Shown piece after piece: positions 18,819-28,980 of a stretch of 64,000 nt of DNA. The position numbers and the translations under genes are program-made. Below the pieces are notes generated by a model. It searched no databases. It saw only the letters and a list, made by a program, of their open reading frames with translations, and was not told the origin of the DNA. Source of the DNA: Planctomycetota bacterium (GTDB lineage: Bacteria > Planctomycetota > GCA-002687715); the NCBI GenBank assembly GCA_009691765.1, contig SIAO01000008.1:16535-80534 (forward strand), in the 5' to 3' direction. Each line of letters starts with the position of its first letter. The stretch's first letter is position 1.

Positions 18819-20447
18819 ATGAAGCGTTACCTCGTTTTCGCACTTTCGTTTTCTGCTTGTTTCTCGATTCTCTCGGGTTGCAGTCCATCCCACTCTCACG
18901 AGCACGAGCAGCCTTCAAGCACTGTGGCCGAGCTCGAACCTGAAACGAAGACCGTCTTCGGTCAACGAATCCTGCTCTTCATGGAAAACCCGCCCTTGGT
19001 GTGCGGAACCAGAGCCCGCTTCCTCGCGCATCTCACCATCAGCGCTTCAGGAGAACCGGTGCGCACTGGCACGGTCCGCTTGGAAATCGGTGCGCTGACG
19101 CTTGTCGCCGATGCTCCGAAACGTGACGGGCTCTTCGTGCCCGAGGGTTCATTCGCAGAGCCTGGAACATATAAGGCGCGACTGACCGTGCAGAGCGAGC
19201 AGGTCGAAGAGGTTCTCGACCTTGGCGAGATACGCGTGTATCCCGATGAACAGGCCGCTCGGCAGGCCGCTCCAAGCACTGAAGATGCCGTTCAATCCAA
19301 CGAAATCCCCTTCTTGATGGAGCAGCAATGGAGAGTGAAGCTGCTCCTCGCCACTGCGGCTCCACAAATCCTGTCGAAACGACTGACGCTTCCGGCGGTC
19401 ACAAAGCTGCCCGAAGGTGCCGCAGCGATCGTCGCAGCGCCAACTTCTGGTCGACTGCTCGCTCCACCCACAGGACGACTTCCCACAACCGGTGAGCGAG
19501 TTGAGAAAGGCCAGCTCCTCGGCCTGATCGAGCCGCCGCTCACGGCATCCGATGTGGCCCAGATCCAAGCGATAGACCTTGACCTCGACCTCAAAGTTCT
19601 GGAGTCCACGCGCGCACTTACTGTGGCGCAAGCTCGGCTTCGCTTTGCCGAGCGTGAACGTGAGCGACTCGGTCAACTGCGAGAAGAAGGATTGAGCACC
19701 AAGCCTCAACTGGAGCAGGCCGAGCAAAATCTGTCGGTCGCGCGCAGCGACGGTGAGGCAGCGCTCGCTACCAAGGAGTCGCTATATCGCCTGAGCGCAA
19801 ACCGCGCGGCACGAGACCTAGGCGCCACACCCACTGCCGTACGCCTCCCCCTGCGCGCGCCCATCGCAGGCACGATCGTCGCTATGGGCCGCGTCGAAGG
19901 CGAAGCCGTCAGCCCGGACGCCGCGATTTTCCGCATTCTCGATGCGTCGCGGCTCTGGATCGAAGGACGCGCGTCCGAATTCGCACTACCAGCGCTTCTC
20001 ACAGCGCCGAATGCAATCGTCTCGTTCCCCTCGATGCCCGATCAGCGCATCGAGCTTCGCGAGGACGCCGCCGCGAGTGCGTATGTCGCCAACACGATTG
20101 ACCCCGCCTCGCGCACGTTTGAAATTCGCTACGAAATCCCGAACCCCACGGGCGCACTCAAGAGCGGAATGCTGGCACAGCTTTCACTTGCGACGCAGCA
20201 TGTCGCCGCCGCAGTAGCGATACCGGCAGAGGCCGTGATCATGGAACAAGGTCTGCCAACGGTCTACGTCATGCTCTCCGGAGAGACGTTTGAGAGACGC
20301 GACATAGAACTCGGTCTCCGCGACGGCGCGCTCGTCGAAGTCCGCCGCGGAATCTCGCCCGGTGAACGGGTGGCTACACGTGGTTCAAACCTGATCAAGC
20401 TGGCAGCACTGTCACCCGCGTCGTTCGGCGCGGCCCACGCGCATTGA
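18819..20447 (+). CDS. Heavy-metal RND periplasmic adaptor (CzcB/CusB type), lipoprotein
   Basis: SD AAGGAG; lipobox LSGC then HSHEHE; GERVEKGQLL, LRAPIAG, IDPASRT, LKSGM; C-terminal AHAH. Confidence 0.92.
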   Translation: MKRYLVFALSFSACFSILSGCSPSHSHEHEQPSSTVAELEPETKTVFGQRILLFMENPPLVCGTRARFLAHLTISASGEPVRTGTVRLEIGALTLVADAPKRDGLFVPEGSFAEPGTYKARLTVQSEQVEEVLDLGEIRVYPDEQAARQAAPSTEDAVQSNEIPFLMEQQWRVKLLLATAAPQILSKRLTLPAVTKLPEGAAAIVAAPTSGRLLAPPTGRLPTTGERVEKGQLLGLIEPPLTASDVAQIQAIDLDLDLKVLESTRALTVAQARLRFAERERERLGQLREEGLSTKPQLEQAEQNLSVARSDGEAALATKESLYRLSANRAARDLGATPTAVRLPLRAPIAGTIVAMGRVEGEAVSPDAAIFRILDASRLWIEGRASEFALPALLTAPNAIVSFPSMPDQRIELREDAAASAYVANTIDPASRTFEIRYEIPNPTGALKSGMLAQLSLATQHVAAAVAIPAEAVIMEQGLPTVYVMLSGETFERRDIELGLRDGALVEVRRGISPGERVATRGSNLIKLAALSPASFGAAHAH

Positions 20448-20463
20448 TTGAGAAGCCCAACAC

Positions 20464-23400
20464 ATGATCAACCTCTTGATTCAATGGTCGCTCGCCAATC
20501 GGCTCACCATCGTGATCCTCTCGCTTCTCGTCATGGTCATGGGCGCGTTCGTCACGCTCCGAATGCCCGTCGATGTGTTCCCGGATCTCACCGCGCCGAC
20601 TGTCACAGTGCTCGTCGAAGGGCACGGCCTCGCTCCACAAGAGATGGAGACCCAAGTGACTTTTCCGATCGAGACCGCAATGAACGGAGCGGCAGACGTG
20701 CGCCGCGTGCGTTCGGGAACGGCCGTGGGAATCGCCGTCATCTGGGTCGAGTTCGAGTGGGGCACGGACATCTACCGCGCGCGCCAGACGGTGACCGAAC
20801 GATTGAGCGCAATCACAGGTTCGCTCCCCTCGCAGGTCGAGCCTCCAAAGCTCGCACCGGTGTCCTCGATCATGGGAGAGATCCTCTTCGTGTCGCTCAC
20901 GTCAGAGCGACACAGCCAACTCGATCTGCGAACGACGGCGACCACACAAGTCCGACGCAGACTCCTCTCGGTCGCGGGCGTCTCACAAGTGACGCCTATC
21001 GGAGGAGACACGAAGCAATATCAAGTCATCCTCTCACCAGATCGACTTCGTGGCTATGGGCTGGCGGCCTCGGACGTGCTGAGCGCGTTGGAGCGGACCA
21101 ACGAAAGCGTCTCGGCTGGAGTACTCACGACCGGAGCGCAAGAAGTGCTCGTCGAAGGGATTGGTCGTATCCAGTCGCTCGACGACATCGCGCGAACCAA
21201 GGTCGCCATGCACGAGGGGGTTCCGATCACCGTGTCGGACCTTGGGGTCGTCACTATCGGAGCCGCTCTCAAGCGTGGAACCGGATCCGCGTCTCGCCGC
21301 GGGCCGAATTGGGAACCCATTATTGAGCCCGGTGTAATCCTCGCGATCCAGAAGCAACCCGGTGCAAACACGTTGGAGTTGACCGAGCGCTTAGACGCAA
21401 CGCTGACCGAGATTCAAGCGGGTTTGCCTCAGGGGATGTTCATCAACAAAGACCTTTTCCGGCAAGCATCCTTCATCACCCATTCGATCTCCAACACGAC
21501 TACGGCGCTGCTCGAAGGCGCACTGATGGTCGTGCTCGTCGTCCTCGCATTCCTAGCAAGCGCTCGCGCCAGCGTGATCACGCTACTGGCGCTGCCGCTC
21601 TCTCTGCTCACATCCATGCTTGCGCTACATTTGCTCGGCGCGAGCATCAACACGATGACCCTCGGCGGCATGGCGATCGCTATTGGCGCACTTGTGGACG
21701 ACGCGATCATCGACGTCGAGAACGTCGTACGCCGTTTGCGAGAAAACGCGATGCTCCCTCACGCAGCGCGGCGCTCCGCATTGGCCGTCACCTACGAAGC
21801 GAGCGTCGAAGTGCGCGGGTCGATCGTGCTCGCGACCTTCATCATCCTTCTCGTGTTCATGCCGTTGTTCTTCCTGACCGGCGTGGAAGGGAGACTCCTA
21901 CAACCGCTTGGACTTGCCTTCACAGTCGCGCTGGCCGCTTCATTGCTCACAGCCCTCACCTTGACGCCAGCGCTGTGCATGCTGCTACTCCCAACGAGCG
22001 CCACGGTGCGCAAAGCACGCGAACCACTGCTCGTGAGAGCGCTGCAGGCTGGTTACGAGAAGCCGCTGACATGGGCACTGCGACATCCTTGGATGGTTGC
22101 ATTGCCCAGCGTGGCGCTGCTCGTCATCGCCGGGATGACTGGGCTCTCGCTTGGTCGCGGATTCCTGCCGGAGTTCAATGAAGGTGCGCTGGTCGTCGGC
22201 GTGGTGACGGTGCCCGGAACTTCGCTGACTGAAAGTGATGCCTTGGCTCACCTCGTCGAAGAGTCGTTGATGAAGCATCCTGAAATCGTCGCCATCGGAC
22301 GACGCACCGGACGTGCCGAGGAAGACGAGCACGTGCAAGGCGTTGAGGCCAGCGAGATCGACCTAACGCTCGACATGGACGCACCCACGCGGTTAGGCAA
22401 ACCGCAACGATCCAAAGAGGCGCTGCTCGATGCACTGCGGGCCGAACTTGCAGGCATTCCGGGTATTCAAGCGACGTTTGGACAGCCGATCGGCCACCGG
22501 ATCGACCACATGCTCTCCGGCACACGCGCGAGCATTGCTGTGAAGGTGTTCGGCGATGATCTCAGACGCCTGAAAACCGCGTCGGCTCAGATCGAAGGTT
22601 TGATGAAAGACATTCCCGGCGTGGTTGACCTCTCGACCGAGCAGCAATCTCAAGTACCGACCGTGCGCGTTGATTTCGATCGCGCTGCCATAGCGCGGCA
22701 TGACTTGCAAGTCAAAGATGTTGCCGACGCACTGGAGCTGGCGACGCGCGGACAAGTTGCTGGGCAGATCCTAGAAGGAATGAACACATTCGACATGCTG
22801 GTCCGGGTTGGCGAGGTCAGTGCGCTGTCTCCGGAAATGCTCTCCACCATCCTTGTGGGCACGCCGAGCGGCGTGCAAATCCCGCTCTCCGCGCTTGCAA
22901 CGCTTCGCGAGGACCGTTCGCCGAACTTCATCAGTCGCGAAAAAGTGCAACGCAAAATTGTCGTGATGTGCAATGTGTCCGGTCGAGATTTGCGTGGAGT
23001 CGTCGAAGACATTCGCGCAAAGGTCCAGAAACAAGTGAGTCTGCCACCGGGCTACTACGTCGAATACGGGGGGCAGTTCGAGAGCGCGGCCTCCACGGGA
23101 CGACTGCTGGCTGTGCTCGGGGCAGTGATCATCCTCGGCATCGCCTGCCTGCTCTACTTCATGTTTCGCTCGGCCCGCGATGTGGTGCTGATCATGTTGA
23201 ATCTTCCGCTGGCCCTGATCGGCGGAATCTTCGGGGTCTACCTTTCAGGCGGCACGCTTACGGTGGCATCGCTCATCGGTTTCATCACGGTATTCGGCAT
23301 TGCCGCACGAAATGGGATCATGCTGGTGTCGCACATCCGACACCTCCAACGCGTCGAAAAGGTCTGTGATTTCTACGAAGCTGTTCGACGCGGGGCGATT

Positions 23401-23649
23401 GAACGCTTGTCACCTATCCTCATGACCGCGCTCGCCGCCGGACTCGCACTCGTTCCGCTCGCACTTCGAGGCGATGCACCGGGAAACGAGATCCTGACGC
23501 CGATGGCAATCGTGATCTTGTTCGGTCTGCTCTCCTCGACGCTCCTCAACATGATCCTCGTACCCGCACTGTTCTTGCGCTTTGGAAAGCCGGTTCCGCG
23601 CGCTGAACTCTTACAGATCGATAAGGAGGCCATTCATGTCCCTGCGTGA
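20464..23649 (+). CDS. czcA: Heavy-metal efflux RND permease (CusA/CzcA family)
   Basis: PVDVFPDL, TLGGMAIAIGALVDDAIIDVEN, GFLPEFNEG, GIAARNGI, ERLSPILMT; 1061 aa. Confidence 0.96.
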   Translation: MINLLIQWSLANRLTIVILSLLVMVMGAFVTLRMPVDVFPDLTAPTVTVLVEGHGLAPQEMETQVTFPIETAMNGAADVRRVRSGTAVGIAVIWVEFEWGTDIYRARQTVTERLSAITGSLPSQVEPPKLAPVSSIMGEILFVSLTSERHSQLDLRTTATTQVRRRLLSVAGVSQVTPIGGDTKQYQVILSPDRLRGYGLAASDVLSALERTNESVSAGVLTTGAQEVLVEGIGRIQSLDDIARTKVAMHEGVPITVSDLGVVTIGAALKRGTGSASRRGPNWEPIIEPGVILAIQKQPGANTLELTERLDATLTEIQAGLPQGMFINKDLFRQASFITHSISNTTTALLEGALMVVLVVLAFLASARASVITLLALPLSLLTSMLALHLLGASINTMTLGGMAIAIGALVDDAIIDVENVVRRLRENAMLPHAARRSALAVTYEASVEVRGSIVLATFIILLVFMPLFFLTGVEGRLLQPLGLAFTVALAASLLTALTLTPALCMLLLPTSATVRKAREPLLVRALQAGYEKPLTWALRHPWMVALPSVALLVIAGMTGLSLGRGFLPEFNEGALVVGVVTVPGTSLTESDALAHLVEESLMKHPEIVAIGRRTGRAEEDEHVQGVEASEIDLTLDMDAPTRLGKPQRSKEALLDALRAELAGIPGIQATFGQPIGHRIDHMLSGTRASIAVKVFGDDLRRLKTASAQIEGLMKDIPGVVDLSTEQQSQVPTVRVDFDRAAIARHDLQVKDVADALELATRGQVAGQILEGMNTFDMLVRVGEVSALSPEMLSTILVGTPSGVQIPLSALATLREDRSPNFISREKVQRKIVVMCNVSGRDLRGVVEDIRAKVQKQVSLPPGYYVEYGGQFESAASTGRLLAVLGAVIILGIACLLYFMFRSARDVVLIMLNLPLALIGGIFGVYLSGGTLTVASLIGFITVFGIAARNGIMLVSHIRHLQRVEKVCDFYEAVRRGAIERLSPILMTALAAGLALVPLALRGDAPGNEILTPMAIVILFGLLSSTLLNMILVPALFLRFGKPVPRAELLQIDKEAIHVPA

Positions 23650-25027
23650 TTTGCGCATGTCATCCCTCTTGCTCTTCGTTCTCGGCGTAGCGCTGGCGGG
23701 TTGCACGACAGTCGTCGATCCCTCCCATGATTTTTCAGCGGCGCAGTCCTTGATTCACGACACAACGGGAATGACCGCCGCGTTTGATCCTGAAGCCTCG
23801 GTACTCAGCGCGGTCGCGATCGAGCAGGTGCTCGCAGAGGGCCTCACGCTCGACGAGACGCTTTCACTTGCGCTCGCGAACAACCGTCGCCTCCATGCCG
23901 GGTTCTTTGAATTGGGCGTCGGCCATGCAGACTTCGTTCAAGCGGGCCTGCTCAAGAACCCGAGTTTGAGCTTGGCCTTCTTGCTGCCGTCCGGCGGAGG
24001 ACGATCAAGAGTCGGAGCCGACCTCATCGAGAGCGTAGCGGAGGTGTGGCAACTTCGTGAGCGCAAGGAAGTGGCGCGACTCAGCCAAGATCAGCGCATC
24101 CTCGACTTGTCGCGATTCGCTGGTGAACTGATCGGCAGTACGAAAGCGGCATACTTCGAAGCGGTGGCCGCTCGCGAGACCCATGCTGTCACCGAGCAAA
24201 ACACGACCCTCGCGCGCATGCTTCTCGCCAAGATACAGCGCCAAGTGGAACTCGGTGTGGCAACGAAGACCGACGCAGATCTTGCGCGTGCGACCTTGCT
24301 CAGCGCAGAGTTGAACGACCAGCGGCAGTCGCAAGCCGAAGGAATAGCCAAGCAACGCCTCGCCAGTCTGCTTTCCCTCGATATGGACATGCGCAAGGTT
24401 GGACTGACGGACGCTCTGCCCGGCGTTGATGCCATGGATGGGCTGGACGCTGAACTCGTCGCGCGCTGCCAGCAAACCCGGCTCGACGTGCGCGCGGCCA
24501 CACTCGCCTTGAAATCCATGGATGCCACAGTCCGGCTCGAACGTAGTCGTACAGTTCCGTCGGCGGCAATCGGGATTACCGCCGAACGCCCGGAGTCAGG
24601 CAGTGCTACGAGCTTTCTCGGCGGCATCACAGGCACGATCGAGCTACCGATCTTCGATCAAAACCACGCCCAAGTCCGTCGAGCGGAATACCGTCGCAAT
24701 GCCCTAGCCAAAGAACTGGAGGCGCTCAGTGCCGAAGTCGCAGCCCAAGTGCGAGCAGCGTTAGACAGAGCGAATGCCGCAAAAAGTGTTTTGCTCTTCG
24801 TCGAACGTGATGTGCTTCCGCAAGCTCTGGTCAGCGCCACACACGCTCAGCGAGCCTACGAACTTGGGGAGACCACCCTGCTTAGCCTGCTCGGAGCACG
24901 ACAGCGCGTCCTCTTGGTAGAGCAGGAATTCTTGGATGCGCAACTCGAACTCGCGCGTGCGCAACTCGAACTGGAGCGAAGCGCTGGAACACCGCTCAGC
25001 GTCCTCAGGCGGACCGCGCAAAGGTGA
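23636..25027 (+). CDS. TolC/CzcC family outer membrane efflux lipoprotein
   Basis: SD AAGGAGG; lipobox LAGC; AGLLKNP, ELPIFDQN, AYELGE. Confidence 0.9.
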   Translation: MSLRDLRMSSLLLFVLGVALAGCTTVVDPSHDFSAAQSLIHDTTGMTAAFDPEASVLSAVAIEQVLAEGLTLDETLSLALANNRRLHAGFFELGVGHADFVQAGLLKNPSLSLAFLLPSGGGRSRVGADLIESVAEVWQLRERKEVARLSQDQRILDLSRFAGELIGSTKAAYFEAVAARETHAVTEQNTTLARMLLAKIQRQVELGVATKTDADLARATLLSAELNDQRQSQAEGIAKQRLASLLSLDMDMRKVGLTDALPGVDAMDGLDAELVARCQQTRLDVRAATLALKSMDATVRLERSRTVPSAAIGITAERPESGSATSFLGGITGTIELPIFDQNHAQVRRAEYRRNALAKELEALSAEVAAQVRAALDRANAAKSVLLFVERDVLPQALVSATHAQRAYELGETTLLSLLGARQRVLLVEQEFLDAQLELARAQLELERSAGTPLSVLRRTAQR

Positions 25028-25029
25028 CT

Positions 25030-25419
25030 GCAGAACAGGCGGATCCCGTGGTGCTGCCTGCCAACCTGGAAATACCGTGGCAAGCATGACTGCGGCAAAC
25101 CATCCGATGAAAAGATTGTTGCACAGATAGGCGATAAAAAACCAAAGCCCGAAGTCGCACCGCCAACAAGCAGCGCCCAAAACGGACGCCATATTCCCCG
25201 CTTTGCGAACAACAACCCGCGCACAACTGTTGCAGGCGCAAGCACGAGCACTCCTTTACTCACTGTGTCTATCACCATGTACAACGCATCGAAGAGATCA
25301 AGGCCGCGCCAGTAAGAGTCATCCAAGACAAGCAATACAAAAAACATGCCCAGAAGCCCATAAGGGACAAGGAAGCACAGATAGGAGACTCTTTGCGTTA
25401 TGCGCGGGTTGAGGCTCAT
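25030..25419 (-). pseudogene. Membrane-protein gene, frameshifted at a T6 run and probably 3'-truncated
   Basis: Hydrophobic frame MSLNPRIT...GATSGFGF continues as FIAYLCNNLFIGWFAAVMLATVFPGW only if one T is added at 25136-25141; region looks AT-richer than flanks. Confidence 0.5.
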
Positions 25420-25601
25420 CGTCGGATCTCACATGCGCTCTTGCGTGCCGTCGCACTCAAAACCCAAGGCAACCACACGGTCGCAAGGGCTACCTGTAAA
25501 AACTACACGCCAAATACCAGAGCAGATCGAGGAGCTTCAGTGGGGGCTTCGGCCATTCGGGTGGGTGGGACGCGGGGGCATGCGCTCAGGGCCACGAGCG
25601 C

Positions 25602-25632
25602 TGAATCGCTCCGGGTTTCCCGGGGCGATTCA
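25602..25632. repeat. 14-bp inverted repeat downstream of tRNA-Arg
   Basis: TGAATCGCTCCGGG-ttt-CCCGGGGCGATTCA (one wobble pair). Confidence 0.6.
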
Positions 25633-25802
25633 CTCTGGCGCCAAAGTGGCACGCCACCGCACGCGTCCGGCAAACTGCCCGAATCCTTCGAGAAAACACC
25701 TATATTCTGCGGGATGGGATTGCGGTCTCCGCGCCACGCGAAGCGGGCAGCATTGTGGCAACGGAAAGCGCGCGCAAACCCTGAATTCGCAGATTCTTCG
25801 AG

Positions 25803-25876
25803 CGGCCCCGGCGCGATTCGAACGCGCGACCTGCGGTTTAGGAAACCGCTGCTCTATCCAACTGAGCTACGGGACC
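25803..25876 (-). tRNA. tRNA-Arg(CCT)
   Basis: Reverse complement GGTCCCGTAGCTCAGTTGGATAGAGCAGCGGTTTCCTAAACCGCAGGTCGCGCGTTCGAATCGCGCCGGGGCCG; cloverleaf; CCA not encoded. Confidence 0.96.
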
Positions 25877-26112
25877 TTGATGCATGTGTCTTAGCAGCGC
25901 CGCTGCAGAGCGGGAAGCGTGGAGAAAACCTCGAGACAGCCCACCAAAGCCTGAGGTATCGCGACGCATCGTGGGCCGCCGAAATGCACAAGGCCCAAGA
26001 GGGCGCAGTAGTGAGCCGAAGTGCACAGGGCCCCCAGTGCAAAGCGGGGTGGATTGCAGCGAAAGCAGCTATCCAGGTGCGCGTAGAGTTGGCACAGCAC
26101 GGAGCAGCCACC

Positions 26113-28980
26113 ATGCGATACGCCATTTTGTTTTCTTTGGGTCTGTTGAGTTCATTGAGCCTTGGGCAAACACCAGACCCAGCACGCCGTTTCGAAGCGC
26201 TACTGCGGCTCTTCGACAAAGACGGCGATGGGCGCGTCAGTCGCGAGGAATACCCTTTGCGCCAGCGGTTCGGTGCGCTCGACACGAACGGCGACGGCTT
26301 CTTGAATCTCGAAGATGTGAAGACCTCCGCAAAACCAAACGCCGCGGACACCAATTCCCCTCCCCGCAATGCACCAGCGGCCGCCAATGAAACCAGCGCA
26401 GTAGCCGCAACCTCTTTCAGCGCCGCCGACATCGCGTGGTTTGAAACCAATGTGCGTCCACTGCTCGCCGACAACTGCATGTCCTGCCATTCCACCAAGG
26501 GCGGCAAAGTGAAAGCGGGATTGAGCATGGACGACCGCGAGAGCTTGATGCTCGGCGGCAGCATGGGACCGGCATTGGTGCCAGGCAACCCGAACGCGAG
26601 TTTGCTCATTCAAGCAGTGCGTCATGAAGATCAGGAACTGACCATGCCGCCACGCAAGAAGTTGCAAGCCAGCGCGATTAGCACGCTCGAAGATTGGGTG
26701 AAGCGCGGCGCGCCTTGGCCAGAACCTGTTGCGCGCAGTGACGGCACCACCGGAGCGGAACCGTGGGGCTACCGCGAAATCGACATCGCGAAGGCGCGCG
26801 AAACATGGGCGTATCGGTTGCCCACAGAAGTGCCCGCACAACTCGCGAGCAACGAGAGTTGGCCATGGACCGATTCGGATCGCCACCTCTTGGCCGCCAT
26901 GCAACAGCACGGGCTCGTGCCAGCGCAAGACGCCGACAAACTCACATGGCTGCGTCGCGTCACCTTCGATCTCGTCGGATTGCCACCCACACCAGCGCAA
27001 GTGGACGCTTTCATGAAAGACTCATCGACGAAGGCGCACGAAGTCGTGGTGGACCGCTTGCTCGCGTCGCCACAATTCGGCGAACGCTGGGGCCGTCACT
27101 GGTTGGATGTGGCGCGTTATGCCGAATCCAGTGGCAAAGAAACCAACGTCATGTATCCGCATGCGTGGCGTTATCGCGACTATGTCTTCGACGCGTTCAA
27201 TAAAGACAAGCCCTACGACCAGTTCTTGAAAGAGCAGCTCGCTGGCGATTTGATGCCCAGTTCCTCGCCGAATCAAGAAGCCGAGCGCATGATTGCTACC
27301 GGTTTTCTCGCCATCGGCACGAAGGGCATGAACAGTCGCGATCGGCGGCAATTCACGATGGACCTCGTGGATGAACAGATCGACGCCACGTCACAGGCCA
27401 TGCTTGGACTGACCGTCTCTTGCGCACGCTGCCACGACCATAAGTTCGACCCGATTCCGCAAGAGGACTATTACGCTGTCGCCGGCATCTTCTTGTCCAC
27501 GGAAACTCTCTACGGCACCGCGCGCAGCTTGGGCAACAACCATCCTTCGCAATTGCTGACCTTGCCGGAAGGCGCGCAAGCGAGCAACGGCCCAGCAATG
27601 ACTGTGCAAGCACGCCAATCCTTGGACGCGCAAAGAGAATCCGCGCGCGCACTCTTGGATGGCGGCACGCCGTTCGTGGGACGCACACAGGCGAAGTCAG
27701 ACGCAGATCCTGCGAAACCAAATGCAACCAAACCCGCGCCGGCGCCTGTGCCCGTAGTGAAGCCCGACGTCGTCCGGCAGGTGCAATTGCTGCAAGCGCG
27801 CGCCGTCATCGCTCTCGCGGATGATTTGGAAAAGCGCTACGACGCCGATGGAAAGGCCACCTCTGCGAATCGCTTGGCCATGGGCGTGCGCGACGCGCGT
27901 CGCCCGCAAGACGCAAAGGTGTTGGAGCGCGGCGAGCCGGACCGTCCTGGCAAAACCGTAAAACGCGGCTTTGTACAGGTGCTGTCCACGACCGACCCCA
28001 CCGCCATCACACGAGGCAGTGGTCGCTTGGAATTCGCAGAGTGGATCGCTTCAGAAGCCAATCCGCTCACAGCACGGGTAGCGGTGAACCGCATCTGGCT
28101 GCATCTCTTCGGCGAAGGCCTCGTCGCGAGCACCGACAACTTCGGCGTGAATGGCACACCGCCCACGCATCCGGAATTGCTGGACCACCTCGCACTCAGT
28201 TTCATGCGCGGCAATTGGTCCACGAAAAACTTCATCCGCAGTTTGGTGCTCTCGCACGCGTATCGCATGTCGGCACAGGAATCAGCCAAAGCGCGCGACA
28301 GCGACCCCGACAACGATTGGCTCTCGCACATGCCGCGCAAGCGCTTGGAAGGCGAGTGCATTCGCGATGCCGTGCTGCAATGCGCCGACCAGCTTGATCT
28401 CGCTCGTCCTGACGGCTCCCCCGTTGCGCTGCTCGAAGGCGTCGCTCGCGGTCGGCGTTTCGAAAATCCCAGTGCGAATGTCGGCCCGGTGCGCTCCGTG
28501 TATTTGCCCGTGATGCGCGATCAACTCCCGGAAGAGCTGGACTTGTTCGATTTCGCCGACCCTTCGTTCGTCACAGGTGCGCGTGAAGAAACCAATGTGG
28601 CCTCGCAAGCGCTACTGCTGATGAACAACGAAAAGGTCATTGCGGCAGCGGGACGATTCGCAGCGCGCGTGCTGAGCGCCGCGAAAGACGACGCCGGACG
28701 CATCACGATGGCGTTCAAACTCGCACTCGGGCGCGAGCCTCGCCCTGCAGAAATGGCCGCGGCGAATCGTTTCCTTACAGATTTCGTGGCGGCTGAAAAA
28801 TCGGGCTCAGCGCCGAACAAGAAGAGCAGCACGCGCCGCGACGATCCACGCCGCCGCCGTGGAGGCACTGCTGACAAGGACGGTGGGTCGCCCACCGTCG
28901 CGACCACCGCAGCCGATGAGAAGTGGGTTGCGCTTTGCCAGAGCTTGTTCCTCACAGCGGAGTTCCGTTATGTCGATTGA
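26113..28980 (+). CDS. Planctomycete cytochrome c / DUF1549 / DUF1553 (PSD1) protein with EF-hands
   Basis: Signal peptide; DKDGDGRVSREE and DTNGDGFLNLED; CMSCH; FGERWGRHWLDVARYAES; CARCHDHKFDP; NPLTARVAVNRIW; THPELLD. Confidence 0.95.
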   Translation: MRYAILFSLGLLSSLSLGQTPDPARRFEALLRLFDKDGDGRVSREEYPLRQRFGALDTNGDGFLNLEDVKTSAKPNAADTNSPPRNAPAAANETSAVAATSFSAADIAWFETNVRPLLADNCMSCHSTKGGKVKAGLSMDDRESLMLGGSMGPALVPGNPNASLLIQAVRHEDQELTMPPRKKLQASAISTLEDWVKRGAPWPEPVARSDGTTGAEPWGYREIDIAKARETWAYRLPTEVPAQLASNESWPWTDSDRHLLAAMQQHGLVPAQDADKLTWLRRVTFDLVGLPPTPAQVDAFMKDSSTKAHEVVVDRLLASPQFGERWGRHWLDVARYAESSGKETNVMYPHAWRYRDYVFDAFNKDKPYDQFLKEQLAGDLMPSSSPNQEAERMIATGFLAIGTKGMNSRDRRQFTMDLVDEQIDATSQAMLGLTVSCARCHDHKFDPIPQEDYYAVAGIFLSTETLYGTARSLGNNHPSQLLTLPEGAQASNGPAMTVQARQSLDAQRESARALLDGGTPFVGRTQAKSDADPAKPNATKPAPAPVPVVKPDVVRQVQLLQARAVIALADDLEKRYDADGKATSANRLAMGVRDARRPQDAKVLERGEPDRPGKTVKRGFVQVLSTTDPTAITRGSGRLEFAEWIASEANPLTARVAVNRIWLHLFGEGLVASTDNFGVNGTPPTHPELLDHLALSFMRGNWSTKNFIRSLVLSHAYRMSAQESAKARDSDPDNDWLSHMPRKRLEGECIRDAVLQCADQLDLARPDGSPVALLEGVARGRRFENPSANVGPVRSVYLPVMRDQLPEELDLFDFADPSFVTGAREETNVASQALLLMNNEKVIAAAGRFAARVLSAAKDDAGRITMAFKLALGREPRPAEMAAANRFLTDFVAAEKSGSAPNKKSSTRRDDPRRRRGGTADKDGGSPTVATTAADEKWVALCQSLFLTAEFRYVD

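Noticed and set aside
25393-26112. 240-aa N-terminal extension of the DUF1549/DUF1553 ORF
   Set aside because: It runs antisense through tRNA-Arg. The SD and signal peptide point to ATG 26113.
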